Positions 16,314 through 26,021 of a stretch of DNA of 35,625 nt are shown here, one piece after another. Position 1 is the stretch's first letter. Every line of letters begins with the position of its first letter. Origin of the DNA: a virus (taxonomy: Duplodnaviria > Caudoviricetes); IMG/VR virus record IMGVR_UViG_3300011444_000008, positions 1 to 35,625 of that record. One strand, written 5' to 3'. The notes below the pieces were generated by a model. The model was not told the DNA's origin and did no database searches. It was given only the letters and a program-made list of their open reading frames with translations. The translations under genes were made by a program, and so were the position numbers.

Positions 16314-16459
16314 TATTCTTCCTCCTGGACTAATATTCTTTGCCCTGTATTAGTGAGGATGTCTTCCCCATTCTGGGTTATGAGCCAAAATTCCTCCACG
16401 ACCACTTCGGAAGCAGCATAAGCAAGAATAATGATTAATCCACCATATACGCCTGGCAT
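16313..16459 (-). CDS. Small tail accessory protein, 48 aa
   Basis: Manual translation ...[24 protein letters not shown]; stop overlaps the tail-fibre ATG. Confidence 0.65.
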   Translation of the reverse strand: MPGVYGGLIIILAYAASEVVVEEFWLITQNGEDILTNTGQRILVQEEE

Positions 16460-16473
16460 CTATAATTCCCTTT

Positions 16474-16499
16474 AAAAAAGGGGGAATTCATTTCCCCCT
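16474..16499 (-). terminator. Intrinsic terminator
   Basis: AGGGGGAA/TTCCCCCT stem followed by a T run on the minus strand. Confidence 0.8.
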
Positions 16500-16505
16500 A
16501 TTAGA

Positions 16506-17402
16506 TTAAGCAGCAGCGCGTATTAACTGATAGTTGATAACGCAATCAGCACCAGGGTCAGCACTGAAAGTAACGGTCAATGTATTTGCAGTCACTACGG
16601 CCTGTAATACAGTCACGTTATTTGTACCATTATCAACCACCTGAACAAATGCGCGGTCAGTTGCAGCAACGGCACCTGTTACAGTGATTGCTTCGGCAGC
16701 AGCGCCACCAGTGGTTGTTACTTGGCCGCCAAATTTGATTACATGGCTTGGAGTAATACCAGCAGCTAGCTTGGCAAGTGTTACGTTAGCGTTCAGGATT
16801 TTGGTAGTAGTTACCGCATCAGCCGCCAATTTAGCAGCACTTACCGCTAAGGCTCCGATGGTTAATACACCAGTGTTTGACATGGTGGCATCACCAGACA
16901 TGGTTACACCAGTAGCCACGTTGGAAGCGTTACCTACAAATATGTTTCCAGAGGCAAGCGTGTCACTTAGTCCACCAGTATTTACGGCACCTGCCACAAA
17001 GAAGAATGTGTCAACACCAATAAATTGTGGTAAAGGCTCAACCAGTGAGTAAATAGCGCCTTGATTGACGGTGCCAGCACCAACGATGGTGAACTGTCCG
17101 GCTTTCAATTGCTCTATGTTTTGTTGGTCATCAGCACGTTGAAGAACCACGGTAGACGCGATTAACTTAACAACGTAGATACCATTTTGATAAGCAGTGG
17201 TTTGGTTTTGCAATAAGACTCTATCGCCAACTCGTAATACAACGCTATCAACAGTTAAAGAAGAAGCAGCAACGGTTAAAGTTGCGCCTACGCCATTGTT
17301 GGATGGGCCATTTGAGTATGTACCTGCCACGTTAGAGGTTGCGGCCACTCGCACAGGCGAGAGGTCATTCATTAAAACTGTTTGTCCTAAGCTTACGGTC
17401 AT
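16506..17402 (-). CDS. Virion structural / fibre-like protein
   Basis: GDRVLLQNQT..QNGIYVV motif; Ala/Thr/Val-rich. Confidence 0.7.
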   Translation of the reverse strand: MTVSLGQTVLMNDLSPVRVAATSNVAGTYSNGPSNNGVGATLTVAASSLTVDSVVLRVGDRVLLQNQTTAYQNGIYVVKLIASTVVLQRADDQQNIEQLKAGQFTIVGAGTVNQGAIYSLVEPLPQFIGVDTFFFVAGAVNTGGLSDTLASGNIFVGNASNVATGVTMSGDATMSNTGVLTIGALAVSAAKLAADAVTTTKILNANVTLAKLAAGITPSHVIKFGGQVTTTGGAAAEAITVTGAVAATDRAFVQVVDNGTNNVTVLQAVVTANTLTVTFSADPGADCVINYQLIRAAA

Positions 17403-17449
17403 TTTAAATTCCTTTTAAAATTGTTAGTAATATTACCCTTTGAAGTTAG

Positions 17450-17752
17450 CTAACTTCCCCATACCAGACCAGTTGCAGTGGTTCCTGCGCTATTAATTCT
17501 CATAGAGAAAATAGGGTGCCATACACCAGCAGCCAGGCCGATAAGAGTCTGTTCCGTGCCGTCCCATTTAGTATAGGACACGTCACCTGCGTTGCCACAA
17601 TACAACCAACGCGCAAATTCTACAGAGCCATTTGGCCCATAATAAGAATCGACAACCGCGCTTCCTGTACGCGCAACGCCCGACATAACCCGTGTTGGGC
17701 CTGTATAGGCATTTGGGTCAAGTGGTGGAATAACTGATAATTGTACGGCCAT
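17450..17752 (-). CDS. Small virion (spike base/decoration-like) protein
   Basis: LYCG.AGDV...GVWHPI...RINS.GTTAT; AAGGAG SD. Confidence 0.6.
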   Translation of the reverse strand: MAVQLSVIPPLDPNAYTGPTRVMSGVARTGSAVVDSYYGPNGSVEFARWLYCGNAGDVSYTKWDGTEQTLIGLAAGVWHPIFSMRINSAGTTATGLVWGS

Positions 17753-17767
17753 CAAATAATCTCCTTG

Positions 17768-19387
17768 TTAAAGTTTTATGTAGAAGTTCATGTACGCGCC
17801 AGGCTGCATAGCTGATGTCGTAAATGGTGTTGAAGTTCCAGGCCCATTTCCAGTTGCAGCAGAAATAGCTTGTCTCAAAGTTCCTTGCGCATAACCAAAC
17901 CCATTTACACCGACCAGATTGTTGTATGTGTAGGTGTGTGAATGTGGCGGAAGGTTTGCTGCAACAAGAGTCGTAGCATAGGCTTCCGTACCACTCCACT
18001 GCCCAAGTGCTGTTGCGGTTAATCCTGCACCTGCTCCGGCCTCGGCCAAAACCCTACCTAAAGCACGGGGTAGTGTTAAAGTCTTCCCAGCAATAAAGTC
18101 ATTGGTTGCACTTCCTGTACGGCCACCTGATACGGGCGCCCAGGTATTGATTACTGCGTCATAAACTGTCTTATAAAGCTGGAATGTATCTTGATTTGCT
18201 CGTGTGGTTGCACCTGAACCCGCATTACCAATCGAGCCGTCATTCATTGGAACCCATCCGCCAGGTGCGGTAATTAAATAGCCTGGGCGAACATCACCAG
18301 TTCTTGGCGTGGTATTAATCGAATCAATTTGGTCGTAAGAATCAAATTCCAATTCTGGGTCAATATCACCTAGGAATAATGCGGGCTTAATAAAGTAAAC
18401 GTCACAAGGAATTCCTAATGGCATTTCAATTTGAATATAAAGAGCATCATCGTTAGTGGTTTGCCCTGGCGTTCCTAATGATTTACCTGCAACTGATGGA
18501 ATGGCAAAGTTAAATGGGAACCAATTCCATGTTGTGGTTAGGCTTGCAGTACCAATTAAAGTTCGCACTTCTGCACTGGCAGCGGTTCCAGAACCAAAGT
18601 ATTGCCGTACATAAATATTTATATCGGCAGGAGTTGCCGCAACCGCTGCCCAAAATCCAAAGGTCATCGATTGGTTCGATAAATTCTTAACCTTTTGGGT
18701 TATAGGAAACTGGAAGGATTTATAAGTTTCACCTGCGGGACTGTTCGTACATTGATAACGTACATAATCAACAGGTGTAACGTCCCCTGTTAATGGGTAA
18801 CTTGCCAAGGGGAACAAGGGGAAATAAATATTGTCGGCAGCATTCGTATTACTTTTAACAAATCGAATATCAGAACCAAGTACGCCATTTGTTCCAACTA
18901 CAGGAACGCTTGTTGCAGGAGTAAACCCCTTATGGTTCGATGGCGCAATAACCAAATTGGTTGCTAGGGATAGATTAGGCAAAATACTGCCCGCTATATC
19001 ATCAATATGGTTAATGAATTGGTTATTAGTAATGTAATTTACGATGGGAATGTAACTTGTAACGATTCCACCACCACCTGAACCTGGTGGATAAAAGTTA
19101 TCTACCGTCCAAAGTAAGTTATTCTGTGAGTCGTAAGCTTCAAGATAATAAGTGTCTTCTAAATCGTCACTATCTACCGCCCAATAGAATGGGCCTTGCG
19201 TACCGTTCAAATCAAAAAGAATAGGGTTAGTCCAAGGAATTGTCCCCGCTGGGTCTTGATAAACAGTTTTCTTCTCAGTCTTATTTAAAGAGCGATACGT
19301 GTATAGCTTCGCTCCGCCAGCCACGCCACCGCTATTATCTATGATGACCCACTTTGGAGTAGGTGCAAGCAAGTAACTTATCGTCAT
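17768..19387 (-). CDS. Tail fibre/spike with an N-terminal virion-attachment domain and a C-terminal tail-collar domain
   Basis: GAKLYTY...VYQD...TNPI N-terminus; TGDV..APGGW, LPPHSHT, MQP...NFYIKL C-terminus. Confidence 0.8.
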   Translation of the reverse strand: MTISYLLAPTPKWVIIDNSGGVAGGAKLYTYRSLNKTEKKTVYQDPAGTIPWTNPILFDLNGTQGPFYWAVDSDDLEDTYYLEAYDSQNNLLWTVDNFYPPGSGGGGIVTSYIPIVNYITNNQFINHIDDIAGSILPNLSLATNLVIAPSNHKGFTPATSVPVVGTNGVLGSDIRFVKSNTNAADNIYFPLFPLASYPLTGDVTPVDYVRYQCTNSPAGETYKSFQFPITQKVKNLSNQSMTFGFWAAVAATPADINIYVRQYFGSGTAASAEVRTLIGTASLTTTWNWFPFNFAIPSVAGKSLGTPGQTTNDDALYIQIEMPLGIPCDVYFIKPALFLGDIDPELEFDSYDQIDSINTTPRTGDVRPGYLITAPGGWVPMNDGSIGNAGSGATTRANQDTFQLYKTVYDAVINTWAPVSGGRTGSATNDFIAGKTLTLPRALGRVLAEAGAGAGLTATALGQWSGTEAYATTLVAANLPPHSHTYTYNNLVGVNGFGYAQGTLRQAISAATGNGPGTSTPFTTSAMQPGAYMNFYIKL

Positions 19388-19506
19388 ATTCACATTCCTT
19401 GTGAAATTATTACTTATTCTAAAGCATTTTCATTAATATAAATAATGCTTGTTTTTTATCCATTCAATCAACTACAATGGTCTTTTATAAACCAATCGAG
19501 AATATT

Positions 19507-19584
19507 ATGATTAGCTTATTAATTCTTGGCTTTCTTGCTTACAACATCATCCAAATGTTTATACAAAAAGACGTTGAATTTTAA
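19507..19584 (+). CDS. 25-aa hydrophobic peptide with its own promoter
   Basis: MISLLILGFLAYNIIQMFIQKDVEF; TTGTTT(19449)-18 nt-TACAAT; stop overlaps the convergent stop (TTAA). Confidence 0.5.
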   Translation: MISLLILGFLAYNIIQMFIQKDVEF

Positions 19585-20495
19585 TCCTTTGCTGTAACCA
19601 GCCTCTTAACCAAATCAATCAAGGCATTTTTGGGCATCATATAAGCCCCTGCTGCAACACCTAGCGCATTTCTGTAAGGCTTAAACTTCGCATATCGTCT
19701 ATATTCATCCTGGCCTTTTTTAAGAAGATTTGAAATATCCTCATGGCCTAAATCCTGTAAGCCTTTATGCATATCTGACAATAGCTTGTTTCGGGTAGCC
19801 ATACCAGCACGACCATGCGACCTTTCGGCTGCTGAGAATAAAGAGCGAGCATAATCGGATGAATGCTTTCCTAGGTCTGATTGAAGCTTAAACAATTCAT
19901 TGTAGTCGCCATAGCCAGCACCTTCCAGCATATTTTTATAGGCTGATGTCTTGGGCAGGAATTGGGCTGCGTCTTCAATCAAATCAGGATTGACATTAAG
20001 CGTTCCAATGTTACGCCCTTTTGCCAGGTCTTTGGCTTTGACTAGACTTTTACTAGCCCCTTTTCGGGTTAAATGTGGTAATAATTTCATTCCACGCAGC
20101 GCATTAACGCCACCAATAACATCGGGCGCATATTCAATGCCTTTCTGTAATACATTATCTAATGTAGAGCCTTTGCCTTTTTGACCCCAAGTCTCGGCAT
20201 AGCTTTGTTCATCATAGGGTAAGTAATCTGCTAAATGACTACTATTGCCATTTTGAAACTCTTTTGCGCCTAGCATTCTGCCAATACCACTACCCACATA
20301 ATCTACACCTGACGCAATATCATGGGGCAAATTATGAAGATTTCGTCCGGCATGAGTTAGGCCAATGAGTACGTCCCTGGGTATTCTTTTCCAGGCGCTT
20401 TCTTGGTCATCCTCTTGAGGTGCTACACTCCAATCGGATTGCATAGGAGCGCTTTGTCTTTGTGGTACTTCGTTTACGACTTCCCAATCAGACAT
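19581..20495 (-). CDS. Putative DNA ejection / internal virion protein
   Basis: Third gene of the post-nozzle trio; ATG 20495 overlaps the upstream end. Confidence 0.6.
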   Translation of the reverse strand: MSDWEVVNEVPQRQSAPMQSDWSVAPQEDDQESAWKRIPRDVLIGLTHAGRNLHNLPHDIASGVDYVGSGIGRMLGAKEFQNGNSSHLADYLPYDEQSYAETWGQKGKGSTLDNVLQKGIEYAPDVIGGVNALRGMKLLPHLTRKGASKSLVKAKDLAKGRNIGTLNVNPDLIEDAAQFLPKTSAYKNMLEGAGYGDYNELFKLQSDLGKHSSDYARSLFSAAERSHGRAGMATRNKLLSDMHKGLQDLGHEDISNLLKKGQDEYRRYAKFKPYRNALGVAAGAYMMPKNALIDLVKRLVTAKD

Positions 20496-21834
20496 TTGGA
20501 ACCCCCATTTTCCTGGCCTCTTCAAGAGTGACTTCTTTGGTTACACCTGTTTTGTTGTTTGTAATGGTAATTTTTCTTTGTAGGCGTTTTTTGGTTGCGT
20601 CCTCAATAGATTTAACATTAACCATTTTGTTTGCTTGCCTTACTGCATCAGATTCGTTATAGCCTTTTTGCAATAATTCAGAGACTATTTGATTCTTTTG
20701 CTCTGCGATATCATGAAGGGCTGTGGCTGATTGCAGTTTTCCAATAGCTGACTCAATTGTGTCATGAGGTGTAATTTTTTGACGTTGGGCTAAATCAAAT
20801 TCACGAACCAAAGGTTTACCACTAAATCCCTGCACTGTAGACGCAATGAAACTTTCGCCCGTAGATAAGAAATCACCAATCAATTCTTTTTGTTCAGGCG
20901 TTCCCATAACTTTTAGGTAATCAAGCTGTTTGTTTTGGAAGCCAGGTATCGTATTTCTCATATTGGCAAACACTGGATTTTTAACAATACCTGTCATCCT
21001 ATCCAAAACGGCACCGGAATTGCTTAACCCTAACTGACTTTCACCAATTTGTTTTAATGCAGCAGCGCGATACTTGCCCTCTTCTTCAAGCTGTTTCACG
21101 GTTCCTTTGTACTCACCTGTATTTTGAGCATAGCTTTTAGGAGGTATGCCTTTTGTCAGTTCAAGTTTCATGCTGCCATCAGGTGTATTAACATCCTCTT
21201 CGTAAACAGGTTCACCTTTGGCGTTATACCATTGCTCACCTTCAAGGGTTACACCGTCTTTAGGGCGATTACCCATAGGTGGTGCCGATGGTGCTGATTG
21301 CTGACCAGCACCATTTGGCATCTGCATTTGTTGCTGAGGTGCTTGCTGTTGTGGCATTTGGCCTTGTGGTTGTCCTTGTCCTGGCATTTGCATTTGACCC
21401 ATGCCAGGCTGACCTTGACCACCAAAGATACCCTTTAATTTATCAGCAAAGAAGTTAGACAAGGAGTTACCCATTTTTTCGCCTGGGCCTTGTTGCTGTT
21501 GTTGCATTTGCGCAAATACATTGTTAGGCCCACCTTGTCCCATTCCGGCGTTAACTGCTTTTTGAAGGGCTGCTTTTGCCTGGTCACTTCCCATATTTGC
21601 AATAGCTGAGTCATTGCCTAAGAGTTTTGCAAGGAATTGTGGCCCCATTAAATTGGCGTAAGCAAGTTTGCTGGCTGCCTCGGCACTAAGTGTTGTTGGT
21701 AAATATTGTTTCTTAATGTCGTTAATTTTACGCAAAATCATTTCATTGCTAAGTTTATTCATTCCGCCCATAGCAGTAACAAGACCGCCACCTGGGCCAA
21801 CGTCAGGAATAACTCTTGGTAATGGTAGAGACAT
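20488..21834 (-). CDS. Putative DNA ejection protein (P22 gp20 position)
   Basis: Q/G/M-rich low-complexity region; gene order. Confidence 0.6.
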   Translation of the reverse strand: MSLPLPRVIPDVGPGGGLVTAMGGMNKLSNEMILRKINDIKKQYLPTTLSAEAASKLAYANLMGPQFLAKLLGNDSAIANMGSDQAKAALQKAVNAGMGQGGPNNVFAQMQQQQQGPGEKMGNSLSNFFADKLKGIFGGQGQPGMGQMQMPGQGQPQGQMPQQQAPQQQMQMPNGAGQQSAPSAPPMGNRPKDGVTLEGEQWYNAKGEPVYEEDVNTPDGSMKLELTKGIPPKSYAQNTGEYKGTVKQLEEEGKYRAAALKQIGESQLGLSNSGAVLDRMTGIVKNPVFANMRNTIPGFQNKQLDYLKVMGTPEQKELIGDFLSTGESFIASTVQGFSGKPLVREFDLAQRQKITPHDTIESAIGKLQSATALHDIAEQKNQIVSELLQKGYNESDAVRQANKMVNVKSIEDATKKRLQRKITITNNKTGVTKEVTLEEARKMGVPNV

Positions 21835-21845
21835 AATCTATATCC

Positions 21846-22451
21846 TTATAAAAAGCTGCCAATAATTCCGCCAACTCCGCCAAGCATATTCCACCAGTCA
21901 TTTTGTTTTCCGGCCTCTTTGCCATAAGCAGCATCGCCCATCTTTCCACCCATTTGATTGAACATATCCATTAATTTATTAGCAGAGTTTTGTCCGCCCT
22001 GCATTAAATTATTCTGTCCTTGTCCGTATTGGGTGTTAATGCCAAGTGCATTTTGCAACCAGGAGTCCATACCTTGCTGAGAAATGTTTCCAGCATTTTG
22101 TTGCATTTGCTGCATTAAAGCGGAACTTCCCATTGTACCATTGGCTGAACCTGCATTAATGCCCGCATTTTGCGCCTGACCTTGTAAATAGGAATTATAG
22201 GGGCTTTGTTGGTATTGACCCATCAGGTTATTTATAAATTGGCCTGGGTCTTTTTGTCCTTTAAGCCATTCCTGATAATTTCCAAGACCTTCTTTACCTG
22301 CGTCAAGATAGGGTTGTTGTACGCCCTGTCCCATTTGCATGTATTTTTGATATTCCTGCATAGCTTTATCATAAGGCTTGCCGGAGTCGCCAAACATGCC
22401 ACCCAATAGGCCGCCAAGGCCACTTCCAAACATGCTAGAGTCAAAAGCCAT
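21846..22451 (-). CDS. DNA transfer / pilot protein (P22 gp7-like)
   Basis: Gly-rich hydrophobic ends; QPYLDAG..GL, QQSPY, G..GSSA motifs. Confidence 0.7.
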   Translation of the reverse strand: MAFDSSMFGSGLGGLLGGMFGDSGKPYDKAMQEYQKYMQMGQGVQQPYLDAGKEGLGNYQEWLKGQKDPGQFINNLMGQYQQSPYNSYLQGQAQNAGINAGSANGTMGSSALMQQMQQNAGNISQQGMDSWLQNALGINTQYGQGQNNLMQGGQNSANKLMDMFNQMGGKMGDAAYGKEAGKQNDWWNMLGGVGGIIGSFL

Positions 22452-22467
22452 AGTCATTCATCCTTGT

Positions 22468-22731
22468 CTATACGAAGTTAACCCAAGTACCATTCTCATA
22501 ACCCTGGAACTTGTTTAACGTCGTGTTATAAATTGCAAATCCATTTTGCACATTCTGTAATGCGTTGCGTTCTGCTGTCGTAATCCTTGGGAATTGAATC
22601 CCATTTTGTGTCAAATAACCCTGCAATGTTTCAACGAAAGTTGCCATGAAATCTGACCAAACACCGCTTAAATAATCCCCGTCCTTTGTTACTGGGTCAT
22701 ACGTTGGGAAGTTGTCAAAATTACGCGCCAT
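22468..22731 (-). CDS. Small tail protein
   Basis: TTAERNAL..G..IYNTT.NKFQGY..GTW motif. Confidence 0.65.
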   Translation of the reverse strand: MARNFDNFPTYDPVTKDGDYLSGVWSDFMATFVETLQGYLTQNGIQFPRITTAERNALQNVQNGFAIYNTTLNKFQGYENGTWVNFV

Positions 22732-22734
22732 ATA

Positions 22735-24792
22735 TTACTCCGGTAACTGCTCAAATACCCATGCTGCACCCAACACAACAAATGGAGTCTTATTAAAGAA
22801 CTCAATCTTTGGCGTGTACCCTTGGCCTCTAGGTGTTGTCCCTAGTTTTCTCCAAACACTTCTAAAGGTTCTCTGGCCAATATTCCCCATAGGTGCTTTA
22901 GTTAAATTACCGTAGGTCTGGCCACCATCTTTTGATATAGATAGAAAAATAACAGGCGCTATTTCATCAATTACTTTAGGCACTAGGTCAATTGTATTTA
23001 CCCCACTTCCAGCGGTAGTTATGTCAATTGATATGCCATCGAAAGCGTCTTGTTGTGTGAGAGCAAGTCTTATTGATGCTGGAATTCCTGCATTTAATCG
23101 GATAATGTAATACGTAGTATTTTTTGCTAGTGGTGCGGGTAATGCGCCATTGCTATCAAGGCGTACTGCTTCCCCTGTTTGCCAAAACTCTGTAAAGTCT
23201 GCCACTGTAATAATGTCTGTTGCTGCAACGGCTGTGAACGTAGAGGTAATATCCAAAAATATTTCCGCGCCTTGCAATACGTCAAGCTGGAAGCGGTCAA
23301 TTCTTAGGCGCGTATATCCTTCGGGTGACATTTGTCGTCCAATTCTCATGCGTCTGATGGCCTCACCTGCGTTTGTAGATACCTGGTCATTCACCCTGTA
23401 AAATATTGGTGCATTGTAAGAGCCGTAATAATTAACACCATCAAAATAAGCGTGAGTTTGGGCGGGGTGCCTATCGCCATTTAAAATCTCCTCTTCATGC
23501 CACTTTGGAGATTCTTGTGTGCTCATAGAGACATTGAGTACGAAGGTATGGTTCGCCAAAGTAAAATTTAGCCTGTAAAAGATTAGTCCATTCTCTTTAA
23601 TTAGTATGCCCCTGGCATCTTCGACACCGCTTGCGGGATCTGCTGCGTATTGGGCAAGCTGATAATCCAAAGCTCGGTTACTGACCGGGATAGATTCGGT
23701 TCCTCGAACTTCCATCACCCCTGCAAGACCATCTTTATCTTGAGCCAAGAAAAACATGCGGTCAAAACCTACGGCCACACTGCCTATTGCGGGTGTTCCT
23801 ACTTCCATAAGAAGCGAATTATTGCGTCTAAAAGGTAAATTCGTGCCAACCCCTGCGTTTTCCCATACTTCCGTATAATTCTGAGAGAAGAAGAATATGC
23901 GCCTGTGAAGGGTTCTACAGGCAACAATTGTGCCAGGGTGTGAGGTAATCTGACCAAGTTGAACCTGACCAAAGACACTAATTGTATTGGTTGGAGCGCC
24001 ATTGGTTGTAAGGTCTATAGCGGTTCCTGCAATTGCATTGGCGTAGGTTGTTGCAAGTTTAATTGTTCCTGGGTTTTGTCCAGGCAAGCCCACTCGAATA
24101 ACATAATAAGTTTGTGGTGGGCCAACCGCCAAAGGTGCTGGCAATGTTCCGGTAGTTGTAAAGGTAACAGGAACGCCAGTAGCAAAGTTTGCATTACTAA
24201 TGCTCAATGTGAGTATGTCGGTCGTTGAATCGGCTGTGAATGTTGCTTGCGCTCCACTCCAAACCATCCCTTGATTGTATGAACTCAATTGGAACTCATT
24301 TGTCCCACCATGAGCGACCACGAAGAAGCCATCTAAATAACATACATCAACGGGTGCCGCTGGAAATCCGGTATCAGTAATTGGTTCAAACGTACTGGCG
24401 TTGGTGTCCCAAATATAACCCGCTTGACCATCAACAAAAATTACTTGAAAGGTGTTTGCATCAATTCCCACATAACCAGCACTTGTTCCGATAGTCCCGA
24501 TAAGAGTATTAATAAGATTGCCTGTGGTGCCTGTAGTTCGATATACAGAAGTTCCATATACTTGGTAAATGGCACCGTTAAATACAAAAGTTTGTCGAGC
24601 GCCTCCAGTTTCAGCGCCAAAAGGTAGCATCGTATCAACCAAACCCGCTGTTGGAAGCATTGACTTAGGTCTTTTGCCTTGTGGGTCAAGATACTCAAAC
24701 ATGTTAACAGTGCGTTCCGCATTAATCGTACTCACACGTTGATTGTCGTAACTGCCTACTATGTCATAATCTTTTGCATCATTATTAGCCAT
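22735..24792 (-). CDS. Tail nozzle / packaged-DNA stabilisation protein (P22 gp10-like) with two inserted domains
   Basis: VDG..GYI, YLDGFFV, TEVWENAG, LSISKDGGQTY, WRKLG motifs. Confidence 0.85.
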   Translation of the reverse strand: MANNDAKDYDIVGSYDNQRVSTINAERTVNMFEYLDPQGKRPKSMLPTAGLVDTMLPFGAETGGARQTFVFNGAIYQVYGTSVYRTTGTTGNLINTLIGTIGTSAGYVGIDANTFQVIFVDGQAGYIWDTNASTFEPITDTGFPAAPVDVCYLDGFFVVAHGGTNEFQLSSYNQGMVWSGAQATFTADSTTDILTLSISNANFATGVPVTFTTTGTLPAPLAVGPPQTYYVIRVGLPGQNPGTIKLATTYANAIAGTAIDLTTNGAPTNTISVFGQVQLGQITSHPGTIVACRTLHRRIFFFSQNYTEVWENAGVGTNLPFRRNNSLLMEVGTPAIGSVAVGFDRMFFLAQDKDGLAGVMEVRGTESIPVSNRALDYQLAQYAADPASGVEDARGILIKENGLIFYRLNFTLANHTFVLNVSMSTQESPKWHEEEILNGDRHPAQTHAYFDGVNYYGSYNAPIFYRVNDQVSTNAGEAIRRMRIGRQMSPEGYTRLRIDRFQLDVLQGAEIFLDITSTFTAVAATDIITVADFTEFWQTGEAVRLDSNGALPAPLAKNTTYYIIRLNAGIPASIRLALTQQDAFDGISIDITTAGSGVNTIDLVPKVIDEIAPVIFLSISKDGGQTYGNLTKAPMGNIGQRTFRSVWRKLGTTPRGQGYTPKIEFFNKTPFVVLGAAWVFEQLPE

Positions 24793-24794
24793 AA

Positions 24795-25529
24795 TTAGTA
24801 CGCCAATATGTTTTGCCAGTAGAACGGTTCAGGTCTATCAAGAATGGCTGATGGCCTGATGGTTAAATCCGTTTCGTTGGCATTTTTAATGATGTTCATA
24901 TATTCCTGGTAGGTGTCCTCATTTTGTTGAGGCCAGTTACCCGATGGGTAATACGCAAGGAATCTTCGGCTTAATGTGAACTTTAATAATCCGTAATAAA
25001 AGGGTGGCATTTGTCCTAAATTTCCATTCGCAACCACACTATTCATCATGCTTTTGACTTGCAATTCGCATGGGTAGGGCTGGTCTGGTGATGGATATAG
25101 GGTAATAAAGCTTTCAGCAGCTTGTTTATCTAAAAAGATAAATCCTGGACGGGTATTAAGTGGGGTTAAACGAGTAACTCCGTAATACTGGGCTTTGTTA
25201 ATAATTTGCAAAGGGTAAATGATGCCCTGTCCTGCGCTTGGCACGGTATAATTGGCCATGCTCAGGTCTACAATTCGGTTGGTTACAACATCGGCTGGCA
25301 CCATATCTGAGAGTGAATAGGTACGCTGCGCTACGACCATGTCAAAAGTAACAGTGGTTAGGTAGGGTATATAGATACTGTCAGAATCATACATAGCCAG
25401 AATTTCATTGATTAATTCTAACCCTGTAGACAGCATAAACGAGTCAGGAGTTTCATTTGTACCCAGTTCACCAAGTAGGTAAAGAGAGCTTGTAATTAAC
25501 TCATTGACCGTCTTTACGACTTGGGACAT
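24795..25529 (-). CDS. Head-to-tail adaptor (P22 gp4-like)
   Basis: T..ELI..SL..LG......P......GL..IN motif; position before the nozzle. Confidence 0.75.
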   Translation of the reverse strand: MSQVVKTVNELITSSLYLLGELGTNETPDSFMLSTGLELINEILAMYDSDSIYIPYLTTVTFDMVVAQRTYSLSDMVPADVVTNRIVDLSMANYTVPSAGQGIIYPLQIINKAQYYGVTRLTPLNTRPGFIFLDKQAAESFITLYPSPDQPYPCELQVKSMMNSVVANGNLGQMPPFYYGLLKFTLSRRFLAYYPSGNWPQQNEDTYQEYMNIIKNANETDLTIRPSAILDRPEPFYWQNILAY

Positions 25530-25558
25530 GGCGACCTCCTCATGATGAAAAAAGCGAG

Positions 25559-25590
25559 TAAAATCGACACATCACAAGGACATGTCGATT
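25559..25590 (-). terminator. Terminator-like hairpin after the capsid genes
   Basis: AATCGACA/TGTCGATT stem with a short T run. Confidence 0.5.
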
Positions 25591-25598
25591 GCATCAAC

Positions 25599-25802
25599 TT
25601 ATTTCAATGGGAATGCGTCATCTAAGCCCGCGCACAATTTACGGCCAGCAGCTTGCGCTTTCTCGCCATCGTTGCTCATAAAGGCATTAAATTCGAGCAT
25701 TTCTTTAGGTGCGCCTGGACGATTACCCATACGAGTTTTCATTTTGGCTTGCTCTTTTCTAACGAATGCATTGTTAGATTGAACCATTTTGTTGTCTTTC
25801 AT
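25599..25802 (-). CDS. Hypothetical small protein
   Basis: AAGGAG SD, ATGA coupling. Confidence 0.65.
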   Translation of the reverse strand: MKDNKMVQSNNAFVRKEQAKMKTRMGNRPGAPKEMLEFNAFMSNDGEKAQAAGRKLCAGLDDAFPLK

Positions 25803-26008
25803 TTGGATTTCTCCTTTTGTTTGTCCTTGGCAGCATCGGCTTTCGCTTTGTCGGCCTTTTCCTTTTTAATGTCAGTCTCAACTTTGATGCGGTACTCCTT
25901 TGCCTCCGCTGGACTGTCAAACCAAACACCCGTTGCTCTCAGGCGTTCTGCCTCATCTTCTTCAACCACTCTCATGGCATCAATCGGGTGAAAAACACAA
26001 GTAAGCAT
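25799..26008 (-). CDS. Small post-capsid protein (G.WFDSP motif)
   Basis: Start reassigned to ATG 26008 with an AAGGAG SD. Confidence 0.65.
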   Translation of the reverse strand: MLTCVFHPIDAMRVVEEDEAERLRATGVWFDSPAEAKEYRIKVETDIKKEKADKAKADAAKDKQKEKSK

Positions 26009-26021
26009 CGGGTGTTCTCCT

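Noticed and set aside
14031-19387. Invertible tail-fibre cassette driven by the serine recombinase
   Set aside because: All tail genes share one orientation, and I saw no flanking inverted crossover sites or silent reversed fibre halves
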